A DNA stretch of 39,029 bases from a virus. Its lineage: Duplodnaviria; Caudoviricetes. Within the stretch, counting starts at the first letter, position 1. The number at the start of each line of letters is the position of its first letter. Positions 16,790-27,483 of this stretch are shown one piece after another. The stretch is taken from positions 1 to 39,029 of the IMG/VR virus record IMGVR_UViG_3300042997_001377; one strand, written 5' to 3'. Below the pieces are notes generated by a model that saw only the letters and a list, made by a program, of their open reading frames with translations, was not told the DNA's origin and ran no database searches. The position numbers were made by a program, and so were the translations under genes.

Positions 16790-19520
16790 GCACTATTTAA
16801 ACTTTTTATCGTTACCAAGTGTTGGTACTATTGAAATAGCAGAACCTATTGGATTTGATGGAGCTTCTTATAAAGTAAAGCAAGACGATAAACGTTTTGG
16901 TAGAGATATTATAATTGCCAATGAAGATACTGAATTAACTTTTACTAGAGATTATTTTGAGCAAATACAAATAACTCAATTATTACCTAACGGTGAAATA
17001 TTTAATTATGCAAGTCAAGGATTTGATTATTTATTAGATATATTTAATAATGATGGTTGGGAAGGCAAAGTAGAATATATAATTGAAAAAGATGATGTAA
17101 GTTTTACTACTGGTATATTTAGTTACTATACTTCTATTGTTGAATTTGACAATATAAAAGTTAAAATAATTCAAAATACTAATCGTGAAGTATTAAAACG
17201 ATTAGAAGATACTGATATTGATGCTTTTAATAATAAGGCATTAGATGGTAGAGATATTAGTCCATGTGAAACTACTAACATACTTTTAAAAGCAAAGCCA
17301 ATAGTAACTAATAGTATTTGGGAAAAATCTTATGGCAGTTATAATTCAATGGCTATTACTAGATTTTATACAATAACACTTAATAGAAGTTTAACACAAA
17401 GTAATATAAATAATACTTTAACTTCATTTTGTGATGTTTTATTTCATCCATTAGATGGTGTAAATAGAGAGTTAACTTTTGCACAACACATAGCTGGTGG
17501 TATAGACTATTTTAATACTGGTGAAGGTCAATCTACAAAATTAATAAATTCTCAAAAATCTATTACCAATATAAATGTTAAGTTAAAATTTAAAGGAAGC
17601 TTAAGAAGTAGAAACGGAAATGATAATTCATTTATTTATTATATAATGAAATCTACTCCTAATTTATTTTATAATAATTATGCAGCTAAAAATTTTGAAA
17701 AAGTTTTAGAAATACCTTTAACTTCTTCAACTTTTATTGATGTAGATTATGATATAGATTTTATTTCTAATTTTACGTTATTTCCTGGAGAAATATTATA
17801 TGGTGGTTATAGTGGTTTATTAGATACAAGTTTAATTGATTTTATAGTTATTAATAGTGAAATTGAAATAATTGTTACTGAAACTTCAATAGATACAATA
17901 ATTAATGGCATTAGATTAATTGATTTGATAAAACATAACGTTAAATCTATTGTAGACATTCCTTTATTAGCTCCTGAATATGATTTAGGTGGTGAGCATT
18001 ATGATAATTTTGCTTTTAATGGATTATTATTAGGTCAAATAACTGATAGACCATTTTACAATCAATTTAAAGATTTAATGAACATTCCAATGGAAACTTG
18101 TTCTGATTATCAAATAAATCCTAATAGCATTGAAATATTACCTTATTCTGATTTTTATGAAGATATAGAATTAGCAATATTTGATGAGTTACCAAGTTTT
18201 ACTTCTAATTCAATGTTTTCAAAACAATATACTTTAAAAAATACAGAATTTAAATTTAGTAAATCAAGTAATGAAAACACAACAAATGGTGAAAATTCTA
18301 TTGATGATGTCCATACTGAAACGCAAAAATTCATTACTGATACTGTTGATGGGAGTTTAAAAGTAGAAATTAAACATATTAGAAGTGCTTTTTTAATTGA
18401 ACAAGCAAGACAAAGAGCATTTGAAAATCAAGAAACAACTTCACTTCAAAATGATGATAGTTTATTTTTGATTAAATGTTTGCCATTACCACCTGAAACT
18501 CAAGGTAATTTTACATCTACTTTATTGTTAAGGTACAACACTTCAAATAATACATTAGAAATATTAAACAATAATTTAGATGGAGATGCAATTACTATTA
18601 ATTGGAATTTATTAGGAATTTCAACAACACAGCCATTACAAACAACTATAAATGGAATTACTGAAAATTGGTTTGTTATTAATGTTACTAATTCAATATT
18701 AACTTTAACAATAGATCCTAGTGGAACTTCTCCAGCAGAAAATTATAATGGAGATTATTTAGTTAATTTTATTTATTTTTATTCTAATGTTTCTTGGATT
18801 AATCAAACTAATGAAACATATTCATTAATTCAAGGAGTTGCTAATCCTAATGACTATTCTAATTTGGATTATAGTTGGGGTAGAAATATTCAAAGATGGT
18901 ATCCATATTTAGCAAGTGCTACTAAATTTAAACCTAATGATGTAATTAAAACAAGTTCTTTTAAAGTTAATGGTAATTTAGTAACTAGAAAAGATAGTGA
19001 AACTGAAAACGTTTCTGATAGTGCTGATATTTTAAATAGTGATATTGCAAGTCTTAAAATATTAAATCCATTTAATCATACTGTAAAAGTATATGCACCA
19101 TTTAATATTGTAACACAATTAATTGAAGATATTAGAGATGTAAAAGGTTATGTTTCTGTAAACCTTAATGATGGTAGAATGATTAAAGGTTATGTTCAAA
19201 ATATGGATTATACATGGATTACAGAAGAATTAGATTTAGTATTAGAAGAAAAGTTTATTAGTGATTTTATGGAGATAGATTTGACAGTTAATATAGATAC
19301 CACAACTACTACAACTATTACTAATCCAAATTATCCAACAAAAACTGATTTAAAATCATTTCAAATTAATAATATTTTTGTTACTTTGTACAATTCAGTT
19401 GATAATGAATTATATCCACCATCAAGATTTACAAATGTTAAAATAAATGGCATACAATACACAGATATAATTTTATTCTCTGATGCTTTGACTGAATTAA
19501 TAAATGCACAAAATGAATGA
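16779..19520 (+). CDS. Tail tip/baseplate structural protein
   Basis: Follows the tape measure gene; N-terminal EPIGFD motif; beta-rich. Confidence 0.7.
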   Translation: MGFKHYLNFLSLPSVGTIEIAEPIGFDGASYKVKQDDKRFGRDIIIANEDTELTFTRDYFEQIQITQLLPNGEIFNYASQGFDYLLDIFNNDGWEGKVEYIIEKDDVSFTTGIFSYYTSIVEFDNIKVKIIQNTNREVLKRLEDTDIDAFNNKALDGRDISPCETTNILLKAKPIVTNSIWEKSYGSYNSMAITRFYTITLNRSLTQSNINNTLTSFCDVLFHPLDGVNRELTFAQHIAGGIDYFNTGEGQSTKLINSQKSITNINVKLKFKGSLRSRNGNDNSFIYYIMKSTPNLFYNNYAAKNFEKVLEIPLTSSTFIDVDYDIDFISNFTLFPGEILYGGYSGLLDTSLIDFIVINSEIEIIVTETSIDTIINGIRLIDLIKHNVKSIVDIPLLAPEYDLGGEHYDNFAFNGLLLGQITDRPFYNQFKDLMNIPMETCSDYQINPNSIEILPYSDFYEDIELAIFDELPSFTSNSMFSKQYTLKNTEFKFSKSSNENTTNGENSIDDVHTETQKFITDTVDGSLKVEIKHIRSAFLIEQARQRAFENQETTSLQNDDSLFLIKCLPLPPETQGNFTSTLLLRYNTSNNTLEILNNNLDGDAITINWNLLGISTTQPLQTTINGITENWFVINVTNSILTLTIDPSGTSPAENYNGDYLVNFIYFYSNVSWINQTNETYSLIQGVANPNDYSNLDYSWGRNIQRWYPYLASATKFKPNDVIKTSSFKVNGNLVTRKDSETENVSDSADILNSDIASLKILNPFNHTVKVYAPFNIVTQLIEDIRDVKGYVSVNLNDGRMIKGYVQNMDYTWITEELDLVLEEKFISDFMEIDLTVNIDTTTTTTITNPNYPTKTDLKSFQINNIFVTLYNSVDNELYPPSRFTNVKINGIQYTDIILFSDALTELINAQNE

Positions 19521-20649
19521 TTTAAGTTTTATTCGGCTAGAGCCAAATTTTAATGATGCAAAGTATTTAAGAGCAAGTACAGCTGCAAAGATATTTTATA
19601 ATGGACAAATAATACTTTGTCCTAATCAAACATATTTACAAACTACAAATTGTCCTTTAGGAATTGCTTTTGATGGTAACTATAAAGTTACTATTGTTGA
19701 TTGTAATGATAATGAATTACAAGATATTACTTCTAGGGTAGCTATTAATGAAAGAACTATTAATGGAGTTCAACAAATAGATTTTGAAATTGTAAAGATA
19801 GGTGTTGATTACTTTGCTAAAAATGTTTACTTAAAATTTACACATACTGTATCTAATTATGTTTGGTATTCAAATCCATTGCAAATAACTAATTATTTCG
19901 ATGATATAAGCTCTAGGTTTAATTATAAAAATGCAAATGACACTTATTATCAATCAATAACTTTAAAGTGTTTTTTTAGCGTTAATGATGCTGAAAGTAA
20001 TTCAAATGAATATGTAACTTACGAAGGTAAAAAGATTACTTCACGTTTAATTACAACCGAATTAGAGCAATATTTTTTTGATAATATAGACAACTTTACA
20101 TTTAGAAGATTAAATAATTTGTTAAGTAGAAATATTGTTTATATAAATGGTAATAGAATAACTAATAAACAAACACTTGCAAGTAAAGCTCGTGCAGGTG
20201 ATACAAATATTTTTAGCCTTGATTTTAAAGTTGCTATTGATTATAATGATATATTTGTAGAAAAATTACAGATATTTGATCCATTAGAATTAATTACTTT
20301 ATATCCTAAAGGAAATTATACTTTGGCTAGTTTAAATTACGTTTTACAAGGAGAGTTTAATAGAATTGTTACTTTAAATACAGGCACAATAAAATTATTT
20401 AAAGATAACGTTTTATTTTATACTTTTACTGAAGAAGATATTTCTTTAACAGACAATACTTTTGAAATAGATTTAACTGGTATATTGACAAGCAATGGTG
20501 TTTACTATGTAAATATATCAAACGGATTGTTTACAAGTGTTCTTGAAGAAGTTTATCAAGGCATAACAAATACAACGGATTGGTTATTTAGCATTGGAAA
20601 TGGTGAGTACGAAGTTTTACAATATAGCAATGAATATTTAATAAATTAA
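19504..20649 (+). CDS. Tail protein with C-terminal Ig-like (Big_5/SbsA-like) domain
   Basis: FNRIVTLNTGTIKL...YYVNISNGLF...GITNTTDWLFS. Confidence 0.65.
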   Translation: MHKMNDLSFIRLEPNFNDAKYLRASTAAKIFYNGQIILCPNQTYLQTTNCPLGIAFDGNYKVTIVDCNDNELQDITSRVAINERTINGVQQIDFEIVKIGVDYFAKNVYLKFTHTVSNYVWYSNPLQITNYFDDISSRFNYKNANDTYYQSITLKCFFSVNDAESNSNEYVTYEGKKITSRLITTELEQYFFDNIDNFTFRRLNNLLSRNIVYINGNRITNKQTLASKARAGDTNIFSLDFKVAIDYNDIFVEKLQIFDPLELITLYPKGNYTLASLNYVLQGEFNRIVTLNTGTIKLFKDNVLFYTFTEEDISLTDNTFEIDLTGILTSNGVYYVNISNGLFTSVLEEVYQGITNTTDWLFSIGNGEYEVLQYSNEYLIN

Positions 20650-20652
20650 AAA

Positions 20653-21072
20653 ATGGCAACAAAAGCAGGTTTAATAAGTGCAGTAAATGGTTTTATAACA
20701 TCTATCGTAAATATCACTAAACATAGAAATTCTATGTTAGAAGTTATTAATGAACTTTACCCATCAAAAGTTTCAGACAACTCAACAGATGAAACATATA
20801 CAACACAAACGAACGCAAATATTACCTATGGTATTCAGATAGTAAAACAAGGTAGAAGCATTAGAATTAATGGTAGTTATACTTATAGTGGCGGTTCTTC
20901 TTTACCAATCGGAACTGAAATATTTGAATTTAAAGAAAATGAGTTTAGAGGCGATACAAGTGCCTATTTAGGTATTAATATTCAATATGTACCTTATGCT
21001 TTAGAATCAACAACAACAATAGCACCTTCTACAACAACACAATTTTCAATAATAATTAGTTCAAATAATTAA
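20653..21072 (+). CDS. Minor tail protein
   Basis: Position; KQGRSIRING beta motif. Confidence 0.6.
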   Translation: MATKAGLISAVNGFITSIVNITKHRNSMLEVINELYPSKVSDNSTDETYTTQTNANITYGIQIVKQGRSIRINGSYTYSGGSSLPIGTEIFEFKENEFRGDTSAYLGINIQYVPYALESTTTIAPSTTTQFSIIISSNN

Positions 21073-21102
21073 TTATAAGAAATTTAGTAAATCAGTAAAT
21101 AA

Positions 21103-23820
21103 ATGAGTACATTAATAATAAGAAAGAAAAGTTTAAAGACTTGGTTGCATACCGATAGTATTTTAGGTGATTTTATAATCTCTAAATTCTATTTTAATGC
21201 AGACAATCTTTCTTTTCAAATAGTTGAGCAAGGACAAAGCAGACGAGTAATTTACAATATTACAGACATTACTTTATATACTTTACCAACTGGCGGTACT
21301 GCTGAAACTTTTGCTAATATTACTGCATTATCTTTAAGGTTAGAAGAATTAAATTATCCTGCATTTCAATACGATGGGCAAATAACTTCTATTGCTAATT
21401 TAATTGATGCAGGAACAGGAGTTACTATTACAGGTGATGGTACTGCTGAAAGTCCTTATATAATTAACTCAACAGGCGGTGGTGGTACTCAAACACTTGC
21501 CGAAGTATTAGTTGAAGGCAATATTACCGATGGTACTGACATATCAATTTCGGATGGTGATAAAATAGTATTAGACAATGGCGCAAACTTAAAAAAAGGC
21601 ACAACAGATGCAGGTCTTGGTGGAACTAAAGGTATTGCTTTACGTTGTGCGGTTGATTACGAATTGAAATGGGAAGCAGGTCGTTTGTATGTAATGGGTG
21701 GCGATGGATTTACAATTCGTGAAGTATCGCATAACTTTACAACTACACCAACAGTAAATGATGATGATACTAAAGGTTTTGTTATAGATAGCCGTTGGAT
21801 TTTAGATAATGGCGATGTTTATGTTTGTACGGATGACACAACAGGCGCTGCCGTTTGGGAGTTAGTAAATACAGGAACAACTCCAACGCTTCAAGAGGTA
21901 ACTGATGAAGGTGCAGATGCTTATGGTAATACCATAAATTTAAAAAATTCAATTAGTAGCGATAGTTTAATTCAATTTAATGTTGATGATGCTTTTGAGC
22001 CATATATTAAAGTTGAAAATTTAGCTGCTGGTTCAGCAGGACATTCTACAATATTAGGATCAAGTACGATTGAATTTGAAGGTAATGGCGATTATAATAC
22101 AATAATAGAAGCGGGAGTTGGTGTAGATAACATTGTAACTTTACCTTCAGAAAGTGGCACACTTGCTTTAACTACTGATATAACTACTCCAACACTTCAA
22201 GAGGTTACTGACGAAGGCGCAACAACTACAAATCCAATAAGCATACCTCAATTAAATTTATATGATACAGCGCAAGATGAATATTCAAAAGTTAGCGTAA
22301 CCGATAGAATTTTTAATGTATTTACACCAACAGATGATATTATATTTTCGGCTGATATTTTAGGTCAAATAAATTGGACTAATGAAGATGGATTTGTTGA
22401 AAATTTAAAAACAACAAATTTAACAGCAACAAGATATCACGAGTTACCTGATGCTGATGGCACAATAGCTTTAACTTCTGATATTCCAACAGGAGCCGGA
22501 ATACCTCACGCAACCGCATCAGGAACTGATACCTATACCGCAACAGTTACAGGAGTTGCTGCTTATACTGATGCTGATGCTTACTTGATTAGATTTACAA
22601 ATGGTAATACAACAGGAGCAACTTTAAACATCAATTCTTTAGGGGCAAAAACTCTTTATAGAAATAACGATGGCGCTTTAATCGGTGGTGATATTATTAA
22701 TGGAGGGGAAATGCTTTGCATTTACAACACTTCTTTAAATGGATTTCAAGTTATTGGAACTGCTCCAAATAGTTTATTTGCGTATGTTACAAATGCAGAT
22801 TCAGTTACTATAACAAAAGGAATGCCTGTATATGCTTTTAGTGGCACAGGAGATAGAATGACTGTAAAGAGAGCAAATAATTCAGCAGATGCAACATCGG
22901 CTCAAACAGTTGGATTGGTTTTATCGACATCTATTGCAGCAGGGCAAAAAGGATTGATAATGATGCAAGGTTTATTGGATGGTTTAAGTATTTTACCAAC
23001 ATCAACTTTTGCCGATGGTGATGCTATTTATCTTGGCGCAACTGATGGAACAATTACAAATGTTAAACCTTATGCGCCTAATCATTTAGTCTATTTAGGA
23101 GTTGTAACAACTGCATCAAATGGAAGCGCAGGTAGAATGTATGTACGTATTCAAAACGGATATGAATTGTCGGAGATACATGACGTGGACTTAATAAGTA
23201 ATGCGCCAACTAACAATCAAGTTTTAACTTATGAAACTTCAACAGATTTATGGAAAAATAAAACTATAATTGAAGATAGTATAACAAATGGAGTAACTGA
23301 TAAAGCACCAAGTCAAAACGCTGTTTTTGATGCATTAGCTTTAAAACAAAATTCTTTAAGTTATACACCTTATAGAAATATACAAACATCACAAACACCA
23401 CTTACTGGAACAACTGCTGAAACAGTTGTATTTACTGCAACAATTCCAGCGGGAACTTTTAATAGTACAGATATTATCAGAGTATTATTTGGAACAAATA
23501 AAACAACTGCATTAGGAACTTATAATTTAAGAGTAAGAGTAAACACAACAAACACCATATCTGGTTCTACTGCAATAGCATTAGTTAATGGTGGAGCTGG
23601 AGCAGCAGCTATTGTTATTCAAAGAAATTTCAACTTAAATGGTGGAAATTTATACGGGGTTAGTTTTAATACTGGTGCTGTTACTGATATTGTTTCAAGT
23701 GGTGCTGGTTTATCTTCAACTACTTTAAATCCAGCAAATCAATTTTTTATTTTTGCTACTATTCAATTAGCAAATGCTTCTGACAGTATAATTGGAAATA
23801 TGTTCTCAATTCACAATTAA
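21103..23820 (+). CDS. Tail fiber / receptor-binding protein (mosaic)
   Basis: Thr/Gly-rich; ITGDGTAESPYII, TLQEVTDEG repeats, NTTGATLNINSLGAK and ELSEIHDV motifs. Confidence 0.85.
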   Translation: MSTLIIRKKSLKTWLHTDSILGDFIISKFYFNADNLSFQIVEQGQSRRVIYNITDITLYTLPTGGTAETFANITALSLRLEELNYPAFQYDGQITSIANLIDAGTGVTITGDGTAESPYIINSTGGGGTQTLAEVLVEGNITDGTDISISDGDKIVLDNGANLKKGTTDAGLGGTKGIALRCAVDYELKWEAGRLYVMGGDGFTIREVSHNFTTTPTVNDDDTKGFVIDSRWILDNGDVYVCTDDTTGAAVWELVNTGTTPTLQEVTDEGADAYGNTINLKNSISSDSLIQFNVDDAFEPYIKVENLAAGSAGHSTILGSSTIEFEGNGDYNTIIEAGVGVDNIVTLPSESGTLALTTDITTPTLQEVTDEGATTTNPISIPQLNLYDTAQDEYSKVSVTDRIFNVFTPTDDIIFSADILGQINWTNEDGFVENLKTTNLTATRYHELPDADGTIALTSDIPTGAGIPHATASGTDTYTATVTGVAAYTDADAYLIRFTNGNTTGATLNINSLGAKTLYRNNDGALIGGDIINGGEMLCIYNTSLNGFQVIGTAPNSLFAYVTNADSVTITKGMPVYAFSGTGDRMTVKRANNSADATSAQTVGLVLSTSIAAGQKGLIMMQGLLDGLSILPTSTFADGDAIYLGATDGTITNVKPYAPNHLVYLGVVTTASNGSAGRMYVRIQNGYELSEIHDVDLISNAPTNNQVLTYETSTDLWKNKTIIEDSITNGVTDKAPSQNAVFDALALKQNSLSYTPYRNIQTSQTPLTGTTAETVVFTATIPAGTFNSTDIIRVLFGTNKTTALGTYNLRVRVNTTNTISGSTAIALVNGGAGAAAIVIQRNFNLNGGNLYGVSFNTGAVTDIVSSGAGLSSTTLNPANQFFIFATIQLANASDSIIGNMFSIHN

Positions 23821-23822
23821 AT

Positions 23823-24260
23823 ATGAAAACAATAATAGAAATAGCAACAAATCAAGTTGTTGGAGTTACTTACTCAAATGAGTGTTTAATAACTGAAACT
23901 TTAATAGATGAACTTTTACAAATTGAAATGGTTAAACCTTATTTTAATTTTGATACAAGAGAGTTTTACGAGGGAGCAACACCGCAAGAAATTGAACAAG
24001 CATTCAAAGATAAAACACCAATAGAAAGTCAACTTTGGAGAGTTAGAACTATTTTAAATTTAATGAATTTAATACCTACTATTGAGAGTGCATTAGATCA
24101 ATTAGATGAGCCAACAAAAACTGCTGCTAAAAATGTTTGGAATTATGGCACAACAATAGAAAGATATAGTCAAACTGTTTTATTTATTCAGTCTGTTACA
24201 CAAATGACTGATGACCAAGTTGACGAAATATTCCAACAAGCTGAAGCGATAGTAATATAA
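23823..24260 (+). CDS. Putative tail fiber assembly/chaperone protein
   Basis: Follows the fiber gene; MTDDQVDEIFQQA C-terminal motif. Confidence 0.6.
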   Translation: MKTIIEIATNQVVGVTYSNECLITETLIDELLQIEMVKPYFNFDTREFYEGATPQEIEQAFKDKTPIESQLWRVRTILNLMNLIPTIESALDQLDEPTKTAAKNVWNYGTTIERYSQTVLFIQSVTQMTDDQVDEIFQQAEAIVI

Positions 24261-24262
24261 CA

Positions 24263-24445
24263 ATGAGTAAAGAAACATTAGATAAGCTATTAAACAAATG
24301 GATTAGCAGAAAGCTATTAGTTTTTATAGTAGCTTGTGTGGGTTTATTTTTAACTAATATAACATCGGGAGATTGGGTAATTGTTGCTACTGCATATATA
24401 GGTATTCAAGGTTTTACTGATATAGTAGCAAAATTAAAAACATAA
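24263..24445 (+). CDS. Holin-like 2-TM protein
   Basis: SRKLLV...AYIGIQGFTD. Confidence 0.7.
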   Translation: MSKETLDKLLNKWISRKLLVFIVACVGLFLTNITSGDWVIVATAYIGIQGFTDIVAKLKT

Positions 24446-24448
24446 AAA

Positions 24449-24634
24449 ATGAATAACGCACACGACATAAAATTATTGATAGTAAATGGCTTTTTAATTA
24501 GTTTCAGTTTCTCTAATGTAGAGTTAGGATTAAAAATATTATCTTTATTATTAGCTGTCGGATATACTGCGAGGAGATGGTGGTTAATGGAAAAAAATAA
24601 AAAAAATGATAACACAAGCTCAACTGATAGCTAA
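24449..24634 (+). CDS. Second holin-like membrane protein
   Basis: Hydrophobic [13 protein letters not shown] with a basic C-terminal tail. Confidence 0.65.
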   Translation: MNNAHDIKLLIVNGFLISFSFSNVELGLKILSLLLAVGYTARRWWLMEKNKKNDNTSSTDS

Positions 24635-25064
24635 ATATGGAACTCCAAATGCAGAGGGTAAAGGATATATTATTCCAATAGTTTTGCCTTATCCAATGTA
24701 CTATGATGGGAAAAAAGTAACTAAAATTAGATGTCATAAATTAGTTGCTGATAAACTATTGGCAATCTTTAATGATATATTAGAATTTTACGGTCAGGAT
24801 GCAATTCGCGATTTGAAAATTGACGATTACGGTGGTTGCTTTAATTATCGTTTAATGCGAGGCGGAACTAAACTAAGTGTGCATAGTTGGGGTTGCGCTA
24901 TTGACTTAAATCCAAGTAGAAATCTATTAAGAGAAACTTCTAAAACAGCTCGATTTGCTCGAATAGAATATCAACCAATGATAGATATATTTTACAAGCA
25001 TGGCTTTCAATCTTTAGGCAGAGAAAAAAATTACGATTGGATGCATTTTCAGGTAAAAGATTAA
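24606..25064 (+). CDS. Endolysin, M15-family zinc peptidase
   Basis: [24 protein letters not shown]. Confidence 0.9.
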   Translation: MITQAQLIAKYGTPNAEGKGYIIPIVLPYPMYYDGKKVTKIRCHKLVADKLLAIFNDILEFYGQDAIRDLKIDDYGGCFNYRLMRGGTKLSVHSWGCAIDLNPSRNLLRETSKTARFARIEYQPMIDIFYKHGFQSLGREKNYDWMHFQVKD

Positions 25065-25173
25065 CTATTTTCCAGTAAATGTCTGTTTTTTAATACTTTT
25101 TTCCATTATTTGTACAAAATATCAAACAATTAATATTTTATTTAATACTTTTGATAAACTAAACAAATAACTT

Positions 25174-26343
25174 ATGGTTTCAAAGTGGAAAATATACGAT
25201 AATGATATTAAGTATTTTTTAGATAATAGTCAAGAAACTAACAATACTAAATTAGCTAAATTAATACTTGAAAAAAATAAAATCACTTATAACTGTTTTG
25301 ATACTGAATTATTTTCACGATACATTTCTCGAAACAGAATTAGAATACAAATAGAAGAAGATAATCAAGGTGTTATTAATGCTTGTGAAAATTTAGGAGT
25401 TGATGTAACTACAACTCCAATGCTTTGGCTAAAAAGCAAAACAGAAAGTATCAGAGTTACAAATCCATTATTTATTAAGCAAGAAGAAAAGTTATTATTA
25501 GACTTGCGAGATGATTTAATAAAAGATTTACAAGACTACATTCCGAAGTTCCCAAAATTGGAACGCATAGAAAATGCCGAAAGTTATTTATTAGTTATTG
25601 ATCCAGCCGATATTCATATTGGTAAATTATGCTCAGCTTTTGAAAGCAATGAAAGTTATAATAATCAAATAGCCGTTCAACGTGTTTTAAGTGGCGTAAG
25701 AGGCATTTTAAAAAAGGTTTCATCTTTTCATATAGATAAGATACTTTTCATTGGCGGTAATGATATTTTACATATTGATAGTCCAAGCAGAACAACTACA
25801 AGCGGTACTCCACAAGATACAGATGGAATGTGGCACTCTAACTTTTTAATAGCAAAACAGCTTTATGTTGATGTTTTAGAAATGCTTTTAACCGTTGCTG
25901 ATGTTCATTTTACTTTCAATCCAAGCAATCACGATTATACAAATGGTTTCTTCCTGGCGCAAGTAATTGAAACATATTTTAAGAATTGTGAAAACATTAC
26001 TTTTGACTGCTCAATTTCACATAGAAAAGCATTTAAGTATTATAATAATTTGATAGGTACAACTCATGGCGATGGTGCAAAGCAAATGGATTTACCTTTA
26101 TTAATGGCAGTTGAATATCCAAGTGAATGGAGTAATACAAAACATCGTTATGTTTATACGCATCACGTTCATCATAAAACAAGTAAAGATTATATAGGAA
26201 TAACTGTTGAAAGTTTAAGAAGTCCAAGTGGTACAGATAGTTGGCATCATAGGAAAGGTTTTTCCCACGCACCTAAAGCTATTGAGGCTTTTTTACATTG
26301 CAAATCTAACGGACAAATCGCACGAATTACACATATTTTTTAA
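25174..26343 (+). CDS. Calcineurin-like metallophosphoesterase
   Basis: DIHIG, GNDILH, SNHD, HGD, HHVHH; own -7 box TACTTTTG at 25146-25153. Confidence 0.85.
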   Translation: MVSKWKIYDNDIKYFLDNSQETNNTKLAKLILEKNKITYNCFDTELFSRYISRNRIRIQIEEDNQGVINACENLGVDVTTTPMLWLKSKTESIRVTNPLFIKQEEKLLLDLRDDLIKDLQDYIPKFPKLERIENAESYLLVIDPADIHIGKLCSAFESNESYNNQIAVQRVLSGVRGILKKVSSFHIDKILFIGGNDILHIDSPSRTTTSGTPQDTDGMWHSNFLIAKQLYVDVLEMLLTVADVHFTFNPSNHDYTNGFFLAQVIETYFKNCENITFDCSISHRKAFKYYNNLIGTTHGDGAKQMDLPLLMAVEYPSEWSNTKHRYVYTHHVHHKTSKDYIGITVESLRSPSGTDSWHHRKGFSHAPKAIEAFLHCKSNGQIARITHIF

Positions 26344-26388
26344 TGTTTAATTGATTAATTTTTTTGTAAATTGAATAAAAATAAATAG

Positions 26389-26799
26389 ATGAAAATTTGT
26401 AGTAAATGTAAAATAGAAAAAGAATTAACAGAATATCATAAAAGGTCAAATAGACCTTGCGGTGTTCGTTCACAATGTAAACAATGCTATTTAGAATACC
26501 CAATAACAATGAAAAGACGTGAAGGGTACATGCGTGATTTTAATCTAAAAAAATATGGATTAGATTTTGCTGAATATACTGAAATGTTTAATAAACAAAA
26601 AGGTTGTTGTAAAATATGTAATAAGCATTTATCAGAAGTTGATAAAGGAAATAAAAAAGCACTTTGTGTAGACCATTGCCATGATACAAATATAGTAAGA
26701 GGTTTATTATGTGATAAATGCAATAGAGGAATAGGTCTTTTAAATGATAATATAGAAATATTACAAAAAGCTATTGATTATTTAATGCCTTATAAATAA
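26389..26799 (+). CDS. Endonuclease VII-family (His-Me) nuclease with N-terminal zinc finger
   Basis: KICSKC...CKQC; QKGCCKIC...VDHCHDT..VRGLLCDKCNRGIG. Confidence 0.9.
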   Translation: MKICSKCKIEKELTEYHKRSNRPCGVRSQCKQCYLEYPITMKRREGYMRDFNLKKYGLDFAEYTEMFNKQKGCCKICNKHLSEVDKGNKKALCVDHCHDTNIVRGLLCDKCNRGIGLLNDNIEILQKAIDYLMPYK

Positions 26800-26823
26800 A
26801 AAAAATCTTTTAAATTTTATTAT

Positions 26824-26988
26824 ATGACAATTAAAATAGAAACACAATATGAAACATTCACAACAGAATTTAAAAATGTGGATGCAAATATGGAACAAAT
26901 TACATTAGCATTAACTGGTATGCTATTAGGTTGTGGATGGAATATAGAAACTATTAGTAAATATATAAAAACAGAAATCGATGAGTGA
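26824..26988 (+). CDS. Hypothetical 54-aa protein (MTIKIETQY...)
   Basis: Manual translation; fills the gap and overlaps the next start. Confidence 0.6.
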   Translation: MTIKIETQYETFTTEFKNVDANMEQITLALTGMLLGCGWNIETISKYIKTEIDE

Positions 26989-27304
26989 TATAGCAAAATG
27001 TAGTGATTTTTTATGTCCAAGTAGTAAATATTGTTATAGGTTTACTGCTCCAGCAGGAATATATCAAAGTTGGGGAGTATTTAACAGAGAAGAAGATGCA
27101 GATAACTGCAATATGTTTTGGAGTAATGGTATTGATTCTAAAAAATGTAAATTAGGCGGAGTCAAACGTGATGGTGAAATGTGCAATTTAGATTATTGTA
27201 CTTATCCTAAATGCGTTCAGGATGATTATTGTGAGTACTGCCATAAAGTAGATAGCGAACACAAGATGAGTTGTCCAACAAGAAAAATACAAATCAACTT
27301 ATAA
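26981..27304 (+). CDS. Cys-rich hypothetical protein
   Basis: DIAKC...CP....CYRFTA; CNLDYCTYPKC; CEYC......HKMSC. Confidence 0.7.
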   Translation: MSDIAKCSDFLCPSSKYCYRFTAPAGIYQSWGVFNREEDADNCNMFWSNGIDSKKCKLGGVKRDGEMCNLDYCTYPKCVQDDYCEYCHKVDSEHKMSCPTRKIQINL

Positions 27305-27483
27305 GATGTATATTATTTTATACATAAAGCATATAAAATGTATATTATATACAACATTTTGTCCCAAATATTCACTAAATTAAAGACGAAATGTAACTAA
27401 TCGTTTAAAGATAAACCTAAAAAAATGGGGTTTTAATTGATATAAAAAGTAATACACAATGTGTAGTATAAAGCAAACAAAAT

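Noticed and set aside
21877-22221. Tail-fiber repeats as a DGR template/variable pair or shufflon
   Set aside because: No reverse transcriptase or invertase is present; the repeats are direct, in frame, and differ at synonymous rather than adenine-specific sites.
27305-27483. Mini-CRISPR array
   Set aside because: No constant repeat with regular spacers; only an 11-nt ATGTATATTAT duplication.
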